From NCBI GenBank assembly GCA_964534375.1, contig CAZHPN010000085.1, positions 1-23,264 of the forward strand: a DNA stretch of 23,264 nucleotides. Reading direction: 5' to 3'. The notes under the pieces were generated by a model that did no database searches, was not told where the DNA came from, and saw nothing but the letters and a program-made list of their open reading frames with translations. This document shows, piece after piece, positions 1-7,272 of the stretch. How positions within the stretch are numbered: position 1 is the stretch's first letter; every line of letters starts with the position of its first letter. This stretch comes from an uncultured bacterium (lineage in GTDB: Bacteria; Lernaellota; Lernaellaia; Lernaellales; Lernaellaceae). The translations under genes were made by a program, and so were the position numbers.

Positions 1-122
1 CGCGCCGTTGTTCCATCCCGGCGAAGTCCCGTCGTTGTCGGAAGGGTGTTTTTTCTGGCTTCATGCCGCGGCATGTTACCAGAAGAACACCGGCTTGTCA
101 CTCTATTGTGCGAGAGTCAATA
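1..122 (-). mobile_element. Probable left end of an IS630-family insertion sequence; transposase N-terminus truncated by the window edge
   Basis: Minus-strand ATG at 64 reads MKPEKTPFRQRRDFAGMEQRR off the edge. RRDF..(L/M)E.RR resembles the N-terminal HTH start of IS630 transposases. The AT-rich segment TGTCACTCTATTGTGCGAGAGTCAA (96-120) is followed by TA (121-122), fitting a terminal inverted repeat plus TA target. Only 21 codons are visible. Confidence 0.5.
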
Positions 123-214
123 ATTGTCGAGTTCCGGCAAGGCAATACCCAACTCCTTTCCCCCAGTCAGCCGCCCGCAGTTTTGCCGCTCACGCGCCAG
201 GCCGGATTAAAGCT

Positions 215-276
215 GCGAGTTATCCACACCGCGCGGGTTGGCCGCGACGGACCGCAGCCGTCATATTAATGGTAAA
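215..276 (+). repeat. 62-bp diverged direct repeat, copy 1 (promoter-like)
   Basis: Aligns without gaps to 1326-1387 with 53/62 identity (counted by eye). Contains TTGGCC-N18-CATATT. Confidence 0.85.
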
Positions 277-353
277 CAGGCCAACAACGACCGGTGCCGT
301 CAAAAAAAATGACACCTCTCGCGGATGGCCGATTTCCTACTTTCGCAGTCGGG

Positions 354-599
354 CTAGAAACTTTTCACGTTGCCTATTACCGCCGCCGCGTTTTTGCGAT
401 TTGCCTCGTTCGTGATGAAATCGACTTGTTCTTGTGCCTCAGCGTCTGTGTCGCACCGGACGACCAGTTCTTTTTCTTTCGAATCTTTGAAAACGATTTT
501 CAAGACGAGGCCAACGTTGCGATCAAAGGTGTAACCTGCGCCGGCAACGCGCGTCGGATCGATGGTTGCCTTTCCATTAGGAAGTTTGACTAACGACAT
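354..599 (-). CDS. Hypothetical protein, 81 aa (MSLVKLPNGK...)
   Basis: GGAGGT Shine-Dalgarno just upstream of ATG 599; protein-like composition; no family recognised. Confidence 0.65.
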   Translation of the reverse strand: MSLVKLPNGKATIDPTRVAGAGYTFDRNVGLVLKIVFKDSKEKELVVRCDTDAEAQEQVDFITNEANRKNAAAVIGNVKSF

Positions 600-630
600 T
601 TTTGACCTCCACAATAAAGTTTCTCTTCAT

Positions 631-672
631 CGGCCTCAGAAACGGAAACTGCCGTTTCCGTTTCTGAGGCCG
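631..672. repeat. Perfect 19-bp inverted repeat with 4-nt loop
   Basis: CGGCCTCAGAAACGGAAAC-tgcc-GTTTCCGTTTCTGAGGCCG; no U-tract on either side. Confidence 0.9.
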
Positions 673-712
673 CTGTCCTCGGGGCGTCAAATGCGCGATA
701 CCCCCACCCGGT

Positions 713-997
713 TTAAGCTTCCTGCATCAGTTCGTGAAGACCTTGGTTGCAATTACACTGCCGGAGGGCGTCCACGGCGTCGCCGCACGCAGCGTCTTCG
801 CCGCCCTTGGCCACGTGGAAATTCCGTCCAGTTTCGGAATCCATTCGACCGGCAAATTCCATTACCGTCGCGATGGCCGAGCCCACCGATTGTTCCGACG
901 GCCAAGGCGCGGCAACGACGAGATACCGGTTAAAAGGAATTGGCATACCGTAAGCGTCGCGCTCGTCACCATAAAACGTCACCATAACTCTTTTCAT
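713..997 (-). CDS. Hypothetical protein, 94 aa (MKRVMVTFYG...)
   Basis: AGGAGG upstream of ATG 997 (ORF track extends to 1030); no family recognised. Confidence 0.6.
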   Translation of the reverse strand: MKRVMVTFYGDERDAYGMPIPFNRYLVVAAPWPSEQSVGSAIATVMEFAGRMDSETGRNFHVAKGGEDAACGDAVDALRQCNCNQGLHELMQEA

Positions 998-1325
998 TTG
1001 GCACCGCCTCCTGAGAGCTGAAGCCCTCATGTCTTTGCAACCAATATGGTCGCCGTTTTGTCAACATGTTCTTGCGTTACACCCTGGCGCGCAGTACTTA
1101 ATCATTCCGTCCGTGTCCGTCAACCGAAGAGTCCTAGTCACGACACTTTGGGGCTCAATCCGTCTCATGACTATGCCAAAAAATGCTAGCCGCAGACCGG
1201 GAGCGCCGCGTGTGGGTCTGAACGATTATTCCTGTACATTCAACGCATTACGTTCTGATAAAACCGGAGTTGCGGTGTTCCGGCCGAGTGGGCCAAATCA
1301 AACGAGAATCATTCTCGCCGGAGCG

Positions 1326-1387
1326 GCGAGTTATCCAGGCCGCAGGGGCTGGCCGCGACGGGCCGCAGTCGTGATATTAAAGGTAAA
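1326..1387 (+). repeat. 62-bp diverged direct repeat, copy 2; probable promoter region of the AlkZ-like gene
   Basis: 53/62 identity to 215-276; ends 25 bp before GTG 1413; contains CTGGCC-N18-GATATT. Confidence 0.85.
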
Positions 1388-1412
1388 GCAACCGGAAAAA
1401 TTTGGAGGCGTC

Positions 1413-2513
1413 GTGCCGAACACAACCCTGACCCTTCGCGACCTCAATCGCGCGACGCTGGCGCGGCAGATGTTGCTCGCGCGCGAGAAGACCACGGCGC
1501 TTTCGGCTATCGAGCGGTTGGCCGGCATGCAGGCGCAATTGCCGCGACCGCCGTTCGTCGGGCTTTGGACGCGGGTGGCGGATTTCCGGCGCGAAGACCT
1601 CGCGCAGTTGCTGCGCGGGCGCAAGGTCGTGCGCGCCACGCTGATGCGCGCGACGCTGCACCTGATGAGCGCGAAAGATTACGCGAGCCTGCGGCCGGCC
1701 ATCCAGCCTGCGCTCACCCGCGTGTGGCGGCAGATCCTGCGCCAGCGCGCCCACGCCCTCGACCCTGACGCCCTGGCCGCGGCGGCGCGCGAGTTTCTCG
1801 CCGAAGGGCCGCGGACATTTCAGGAAATCCGGGCCCATCTCGCCGCGACGTTTCCCAAAGGGGACGAGCGCGCGATGGGCTACATCGTGCGGACGCACCT
1901 GCCGCTGGTGCAGGTCCCGACCGAAGCCGAATGGGCGTTTCCGAACATTGCGGATTTCACGCCGGCGGATGCCTGGCTGGGAAAACGGCGCGGCGCGGGC
2001 GATGAAAATCCGCAGGCGTTGATTTTGCGCTACCTTTCCGCGTTCGGCCCGGCGACGCCGGGCGACGCGCAAACGTGGTCCGGCCTCGCGGGCCTGCGCG
2101 ACGCGTTCGAATCGCTGCGGCCGAAATTGCGCACGTTTCGCGACGAACGCGGCCGCGAGTTGTTCGACCTGCCAAACGCGCCGCGCCCCGGGGGCGACGC
2201 CCCCGCGCCCGTGCGGTTTCTGCCGGATTACGACAACCTGCTTTTGGCGCACGCCGACCGGACGCGGGTCGTCGCCAACGCGCATCGGGCGCCGGTTTTC
2301 CTGGCCGCCGGGCGCATCATGGCGACGTTTCTAGTGAACGGCTTCGTGGCGGGCACTTGGAAAATCGCGCGGACCAAACGCGCCGCAACGCTGAAGATCG
2401 CGCCCTTTGCGCCGCTGCCGAAAAGCGCACGCGCCGAACTCGTGGAGGAGGCGGAAACGCTGGTGCGCTTCGTCGAGGCGGACGCCGAAAAACTCGAGAT
2501 CGCCTTTGCGTAG
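1413..2513 (+). CDS. AlkZ-family (HTH_42, winged-helix) DNA glycosylase / interstrand-crosslink repair protein
   Basis: LNRATLARQMLLAR start, GMQAQ (QxQ catalytic motif, AlkZ-like rather than YcaQ QxD), MRATLHL, RYLSAFGPAT, LPDYDNLLL, VAGTW. GGAGG SD before GTG 1413; the ORF-track extension to 1029 runs through intergenic DNA. Confidence 0.88.
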   Translation: MPNTTLTLRDLNRATLARQMLLAREKTTALSAIERLAGMQAQLPRPPFVGLWTRVADFRREDLAQLLRGRKVVRATLMRATLHLMSAKDYASLRPAIQPALTRVWRQILRQRAHALDPDALAAAAREFLAEGPRTFQEIRAHLAATFPKGDERAMGYIVRTHLPLVQVPTEAEWAFPNIADFTPADAWLGKRRGAGDENPQALILRYLSAFGPATPGDAQTWSGLAGLRDAFESLRPKLRTFRDERGRELFDLPNAPRPGGDAPAPVRFLPDYDNLLLAHADRTRVVANAHRAPVFLAAGRIMATFLVNGFVAGTWKIARTKRAATLKIAPFAPLPKSARAELVEEAETLVRFVEADAEKLEIAFA

Positions 2514-2660
2514 ATCGGTTGCGTGATTTTCAGCGAAACGCAGCGGATTTTTTGTCGCGAACCGGCTTCGCCTGGCTTCTTCGGTCGGGCGACGCAAAGG
2601 CCGCGAGGAAGGGCGTCGGTTCCGCCTATGCGCCCTTTTCGGATTCGCTTGACGCGTTCC

Positions 2661-2749
2661 GGGGGCGCTGCCCCAGGCTATGATAGCGTGGGCCGTTGGC
2701 CTTTTTGACGATGCGCAGGAACAGCCGGCACAGCCGAGGGCGGCTGCGC
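2661..2749. repeat. Two stacked short REP-like hairpin elements
   Basis: GGGGC-GCT-GCCCC...GGCC-GTT-GGCC (2662-2701) and CAGCCG-AGGG-CGGCTG (2731-2746) between convergent genes. Confidence 0.55.
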
Positions 2750-2756
2750 CACACCT

Positions 2757-2847
2757 AGAAACTAGGGACGGTCACCGGTTTTTTTTGGCCGCCATCAACG
2801 ACGACCGACAAACACTGATGACAGTCCCGGGGTTCTTTCTAGTTTCT
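2757..2847. repeat. Imperfect palindromic REP-like element at the downstream border of the pAgo island
   Basis: GAAACTAGGGACGGTCACCGGTTTTT ... GACGACCGA ... AAACACTGATGACAGTCCC, plus outer IR AGAAACTAG/CTAGTTTCT; clearly related to 5797-5871. Confidence 0.75.
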
Positions 2848-2867
2848 TTCATGATCGGCATCCGCCG

Positions 2868-4313
2868 TTATATATAATATTTAAAATTGGTTAACGGTTC
2901 GCGGTCTTGTGGTATTTCGCGCATTATTTCTCCAATCCGTCGCGAAAACAATAATGTGATCGGCAGAAGACCGCCCAAACGCGCCGAATTCCAATTCATT
3001 TTGGTCAGTATCAGTATTTCGCGAAGCAGCGTGTCGCGTGATGTGTCACCACCAATATGATCAGCGATTTGAAGCGCAGACGGCACGTGAACGCTATGAA
3101 ATTGCTTTAAGTCTGCCAGATAGCCGGTCGTATATAAGAAATCAATATCGCCGACAGAGAAATGCGTGCCGCGCAACGGTGGATATTTGTTCGCCGAAAA
3201 CAGTCGTACATTGCTCTGAGCCTCGAGCGCCATCAAATCGTACCGGCTGACTTTGTGCTTCAACGCCTCTTCGAACCCAATCTTTTCCTCCGGCCAATAA
3301 CGTGAACTTTTGTGCACGACAACTCGTTGGGGGTCCTGGCGCATTTCATCCCTATATTTACTTAGAACGAGATCGACCAATCGGGATGCATCTTCCCTTC
3401 CCAAATGAGGCGCTTTTGATCCCTCTTTGTCGGAATCCCACAAAAAATCGTGGCCGCGTAATACAAGGCCGTCCCCGTGTTCGTCGAACGCCTGCACTAG
3501 ACTCGTTTGAACCCTCGGATCGGAGGAGCCCAATGCCCTGAAGAATCCGATGCCAATGTAGCAAGTGCCAGGGATTAGGCCGTTTGGCCCCCAAGGCAAT
3601 CCGCCTGCTTTGTAGTACAGGCCGGTAAAAAAATCCCACGCGATTTCTGATGGATAATCTTTTCGAACCACTTTTGTGGGGTCGAACTGCTCCATCGTTT
3701 CGTTTCTAAGGATTTGCGTTGGCATCCTGAATTTCATGGCTCTTGCTTTGTACGCCCTGCGCAAATTTCTGAAAACAGAGCCAAGCACGCGGTCCTTATA
3801 CTCAACTACAGCACAATCCTTGAGGAGCTCGTTGGGCAGCGCACACACGATATATTCCGGCGGTCGATCCTTCGTAGAAAGTAACTCTGTTTTTGCCTCC
3901 AACAGATCGAGGGCCGCCGCAAATTTTGCCGCCGGCCCCCTTGTATGTATGACTTGATCTATTTCCGTATGACTCAATTGTGCCAGCCAGTGCTCGTCGA
4001 ATAGCAATTCAGAAAAAAAACCTCTGTCGGGCATAAAACCCGGAAATTCTGGACGTTCCGCGTTTGAGGACGAAATCCCCCTGGCGCACGTCTCCAACCA
4101 GTCCTTGCATTTTTCAATTGATTCCGCCGAACCTATCAGGCCCACGCGCACTGTCGCTGGATGGTTATCTGCCGGTTCAAACGATTTGGGGCCGAACCGC
4201 GAAATACCGAGTTTGGGATCGACATGTTCACCACTGTCGCCGAAAAGCAGCAGTGGCTCTTCGATATAACCGCACCTCAATTGGGCGTCCGTGGAATTCC
4301 TGCGCGGCCGCAT
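2868..4313 (-). CDS. Short prokaryotic Argonaute (MID-PIWI), catalytically inactive
   Basis: 481 aa. N-terminal IEEPLLLFG..HVDPKLGI..FGP; MID motif LRRAYKARAM..MPTQIL and LYYKAGGLPW; PIWI CYIGIGFF and VVVHKSS (both lacking the catalytic Asp), YPPLRGT, LYTTG, LTKMNWNS, PITLLFSRRIGEI; C-terminal FKYYI as in short pAgos. No PAZ or N domain. Confidence 0.95.
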   Translation of the reverse strand: MRPRRNSTDAQLRCGYIEEPLLLFGDSGEHVDPKLGISRFGPKSFEPADNHPATVRVGLIGSAESIEKCKDWLETCARGISSSNAERPEFPGFMPDRGFFSELLFDEHWLAQLSHTEIDQVIHTRGPAAKFAAALDLLEAKTELLSTKDRPPEYIVCALPNELLKDCAVVEYKDRVLGSVFRNLRRAYKARAMKFRMPTQILRNETMEQFDPTKVVRKDYPSEIAWDFFTGLYYKAGGLPWGPNGLIPGTCYIGIGFFRALGSSDPRVQTSLVQAFDEHGDGLVLRGHDFLWDSDKEGSKAPHLGREDASRLVDLVLSKYRDEMRQDPQRVVVHKSSRYWPEEKIGFEEALKHKVSRYDLMALEAQSNVRLFSANKYPPLRGTHFSVGDIDFLYTTGYLADLKQFHSVHVPSALQIADHIGGDTSRDTLLREILILTKMNWNSARLGGLLPITLLFSRRIGEIMREIPQDREPLTNFKYYI

Positions 4314-5669
4314 TTATGCCTCGTCCTCAAATTCAAATACTTCATCGTCGCCGTCATCGTCTTCTTCAATATCGCGTAATTCCGCCAAACTGAAAAGGTC
4401 GTCTTCGTAAGAGATATTTCTAAACGGCTTTTGGTGCTCTGGCGGAATTCCTGGCCAGACGATTTTAGCACTAAGCATAGTGGCCGACACGATGACTTGT
4501 TGTCGATCCGGTCCGAAATGAAAAATAATTCGCGGGCGACTTCCGCACAAAAAATCGCGCCAAAAATTAAACTCTGCCAACAAATCATAGTTGAACATCC
4601 GGGATGTTTTTCGAGTCACTTTTCGGCCTACGAGCGAATGATCAAGGGGGGTCTCGCCATCCTTCGTGATATGCATTTCGGGCCGAATTCCGAGGCACCA
4701 ATCCCGAGCCGATATTCGTAAAAAAACAAGATGGACCGCTCGATGGTACCAAAAATTCTTGGGAATATTTGTTTTTTTCGTAATAGGCTGCCATACAACT
4801 TGACGCCTGGCTGTTTCTTGGTTCATCGGCCGGTAAGAAATTTCCAAAGGCTGGCCCTTTTCGCAAGGAATGAAGTAATACCGATTATGTTCCCGGTCCC
4901 ACCGAAGGGCTTTTCTGCCCGTCAGTTTATTCAATGATCGTTTCAGGAGAGCCGCCAACCAACGCGATCGATCCGGGTCATCGACCCACTCTGAAAGTCC
5001 TTCCCGGCGAACTATCCGCCCGTGTGCCAAACGTCGAAAAGGGCCTTTGCTGAGTTTCATGTCTTGAAAGCAGTAAATATGTTTCCCGCGAACGATAAAG
5101 GGAGCCATCTCATGTTTAGTACCGTCTAGAAGGATTTCCTTTTGTACGTCTTTTTCCTGCACGTCATTTAGATCACACGCGACGTTGTATATGTAACGCG
5201 GCATCGTCTGAACGGGCAGTAACGTGCTGTAAATCATTTCAGACACATAAGGGGTTTTCGGTGGACGAGCGTGCTTCGACACCCGGTCCTTGTCCGTAGC
5301 TTTTTCAATAAACCTTTCGTGGTCGCATTTCATTTGCCGAAGCCGTTCCACGGTAAAATAATGAACTTGTTTGTCGACGCGATGATGGTCCTCTTCGCAA
5401 AGAAGAATAAGATTGTCGTATTTGTCGCGTTCTGAAGGTGGCAGGGGATAGCCACCCCGTGGGCCATCCGGTCTCTGCGCGACTATGTGCGCAACCTCAG
5501 AAACGGTTCCCCCACCATCCACCGCGGTTTCAGGGAAGGTTAACAGTTTGTTGCAATCGGGATAGGCGCACCGATTTCCCGAACGCTGAAACAGCATTTT
5601 TTGGTCGTTATATGAGATCGTCATTCGCGGAGCATCCTCGTCATCCTCCCGGGAGCCAGGACTCTTCAT
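4314..5669 (-). CDS. HNH endonuclease-APAZ fusion, partner/effector of the short pAgo
   Basis: N-terminal SGNRCAYPDC...AHIVA...GPRG...NLILLCEEDHHRVD (Zn-binding HNH like Cap5-type HNH domains). C-terminal ~300 aa has APAZ-like motifs (EMIYSTLLPV..MP..IY, RPEMHITKDG, RMFN..L....FW..FL). Its TAA directly abuts the pAgo ATG. Alternative start ATG 5624 (MTISY). Confidence 0.88.
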   Translation of the reverse strand: MKSPGSREDDEDAPRMTISYNDQKMLFQRSGNRCAYPDCNKLLTFPETAVDGGGTVSEVAHIVAQRPDGPRGGYPLPPSERDKYDNLILLCEEDHHRVDKQVHYFTVERLRQMKCDHERFIEKATDKDRVSKHARPPKTPYVSEMIYSTLLPVQTMPRYIYNVACDLNDVQEKDVQKEILLDGTKHEMAPFIVRGKHIYCFQDMKLSKGPFRRLAHGRIVRREGLSEWVDDPDRSRWLAALLKRSLNKLTGRKALRWDREHNRYYFIPCEKGQPLEISYRPMNQETARRQVVWQPITKKTNIPKNFWYHRAVHLVFLRISARDWCLGIRPEMHITKDGETPLDHSLVGRKVTRKTSRMFNYDLLAEFNFWRDFLCGSRPRIIFHFGPDRQQVIVSATMLSAKIVWPGIPPEHQKPFRNISYEDDLFSLAELRDIEEDDDGDDEVFEFEDEA

Positions 5670-5717
5670 CGCTTCGAAGAAACTTACGGCCTGACGAACA
5701 AACGCCTCTCGTTGATT

Positions 5718-5746
5718 AGCATATACGAATCGGACGGGTTTCGCAA
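5718..5746 (-). promoter_or_regulatory. Putative sigma70 promoter of the HNH-APAZ/pAgo operon
   Basis: Minus strand TTGCGA (5746-5741) - 17 nt - TATGCT (5723-5718), about 50 nt upstream of ATG 5669. Confidence 0.6.
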
Positions 5747-5796
5747 ATGGACAGAGTTGTCAACCGCAAAGGTATCTGCGCATTGGCCCCTACGGG

Positions 5797-5871
5797 GAAA
5801 CCAGGGACAGCCACCAGTTTTTGCCGGTCTTGTTCGAGGACGACCGAAAAACTGGTTACTATCCCTGGTTC
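5797..5871. repeat. Imperfect palindromic REP-like element at the upstream border of the pAgo island
   Basis: 24-bp arms AACCAGGGACAGCCACCAGTTTTT (5799-5822) and AAAAACTGGTTACTATCCCTGGTT (5847-5870), 21/24 complementary. Loop shares GACGACCGA with the 2757-2847 element. Confidence 0.8.
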
Positions 5872-5917
5872 ACGGTGTCCTCTGTGGCTCGGTGGTTCAA
5901 TCCGCCGCCGCCACAAC

Positions 5918-6619
5918 CTAACTGCAAAAGCCGTTCGGGTCGCACGTCATGCCGTTGCCGCAATCCCAACCGAGGCGGCAATCGGGCAAACAGACCATCA
6001 GCACCGGATTGCACAGGTAGCCGGCGCGGCAACTGGCCGGGCCGTTGCAATCGGGCAGGCAGAGCGAGGTGGCGCCGAGTTGCAGGCAGGTGAAGTCGGC
6101 CGGGCACGCGCCGCAGATCTGCGAGCACATCCCGTTTTCCCAGGCGAGGCCGTTCGCGGTTTGTTGCTGCGGCAAGCAATAATTCGACAGGCAATCGGCG
6201 TTCAGCGTGCACGGGTCGCCCAGGTTTTGCGTCGGCGGCGGCACGCATGCGCCGTCGGCGCCGCACACGAAGCCGCTGCCGCAATTCCAGCCGCGGCGGC
6301 AATCCGGCAGGCACGCTTGCAGCGTCGGATCGCAGATATAGCCCGCGCGGCAGTTGCTGTTCGCGGCGCAGCCGGCGAGGCAAAAGGATTGGCCGCCGAG
6401 CGACGCGCACACCGCGCCGCCGCCGCAGCCGCCGGAGCAGCTTTTCGTGCAGTAGCCGCCCGGCCAGCCGGTCGACTGGCCCCACTGTTCGGCCTGCAGG
6501 CACAGATCCGAGCGGCATTGCTCTTTTTCGGTGCAGGCGGCGCCGAGCGGCCGCGAACCAGGGCCGGAGCACGCCGTCAGCGCCGCAAGCAGGCACGCCA
6601 GCGGGAGCAGCCGTCGCAT
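5918..6619 (-). CDS. Cys-rich lipoprotein with two tandem 16-Cys modules
   Basis: Signal peptide with lipobox LTAC. Two ~105-aa repeats each with 16 Cys (CRAGY.C.P....CLPDCR.GW.CG.G..C...G.C). Last gene of the operon. Confidence 0.85.
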   Translation of the reverse strand: MRRLLPLACLLAALTACSGPGSRPLGAACTEKEQCRSDLCLQAEQWGQSTGWPGGYCTKSCSGGCGGGAVCASLGGQSFCLAGCAANSNCRAGYICDPTLQACLPDCRRGWNCGSGFVCGADGACVPPPTQNLGDPCTLNADCLSNYCLPQQQTANGLAWENGMCSQICGACPADFTCLQLGATSLCLPDCNGPASCRAGYLCNPVLMVCLPDCRLGWDCGNGMTCDPNGFCS

Positions 6620-6623
6620 CGCG

Positions 6624-7262
6624 TTACAGCCCTTTCAAGCCGGCGAGCGCATTGGCGTTCTTGCGGTGCACCGCCAAGACTTTCTTGAACATGTCGCGCG
6701 CCTCCGCCGACCGGCCTTGTTTGAGATATGTCCACCCGAGGCCGAGCATCATTTCGAGCTCACTGGGGTAATTTTTCAGCGTCGCCTGATATTGCTGTTC
6801 GGCGAGCTTGTATTTGCCTTCCATGTAATAAACATAGGCGAGGCGGCTGCCGGCGAGGTAGTTGTCCGGCGCGCGGGCTGCGAGCTTGCGCCCCAGCGTT
6901 TCGGCGTCGTCCCACTTTTGCGCGGCCATCAGCGGCAGCAGCAACCCCAATTGGGCCTCGATCGCGCCGGGCGCCAGCGTCATCGCCCGCGTGTAATACA
7001 CGATCGAATCGGCGAAAGTGCCCTTGCAATAGCACAGCCAGCCGAGGCGGTAATTCGCCACGTAGTTCGCCGGATCGAGGCGCAGGATCGCCGTCACGTC
7101 GGCGATCGCCTGCTCGATCGTGCCCGCTTGCTCCTGCAGGTACGAAGACTCGAACAGGGCCGCGATTTCCTCGGCGTGACTCTGCGCGCGGGCGGTTCCG
7201 GTCGTCGCCAGCGCGACGGCGGCGCACAAAAACAAGGTCGCAAATCCGTGGTGTCGCCTCAT
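6624..7262 (-). CDS. Secreted TPR protein
   Basis: Signal peptide ending ARA; TPR-like helices (YRLGWL.Y.KG, YLAGSRLAYVYYMEGKY, LGLGWTYLKQG); GGAGG SD. Confidence 0.88.
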   Translation of the reverse strand: MRRHHGFATLFLCAAVALATTGTARAQSHAEEIAALFESSYLQEQAGTIEQAIADVTAILRLDPANYVANYRLGWLCYCKGTFADSIVYYTRAMTLAPGAIEAQLGLLLPLMAAQKWDDAETLGRKLAARAPDNYLAGSRLAYVYYMEGKYKLAEQQYQATLKNYPSELEMMLGLGWTYLKQGRSAEARDMFKKVLAVHRKNANALAGLKGL

Positions 7263-7272
7263 GAACGCCTCC

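Noticed and set aside
220..228. Perfect DnaA box TTATCCACA
   Set aside because: Single copy, not conserved in the second repeat (TTATCCAGG), and no box cluster, unwinding element or dnaA nearby; not an origin.
250..277. dif/Xer-like site (TAATGGTAAAC resembles an XerD arm)
   Set aside because: No XerC-like arm at the expected spacing.
1029..1412. N-terminal extension of the AlkZ-like ORF
   Set aside because: Runs through repeat and promoter DNA; the SD and family homology start at GTG 1413.
1413..2513. AlkZ-like glycosylase as a third component of the pAgo system
   Set aside because: Convergent orientation, host-like high GC and position outside the palindromic borders.
5758..5763. Perfect TTGACA as the -35 of the pAgo operon
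   Set aside because: No -10 at 16-18 nt; the TTGCGA/TATGCT pair fits better.
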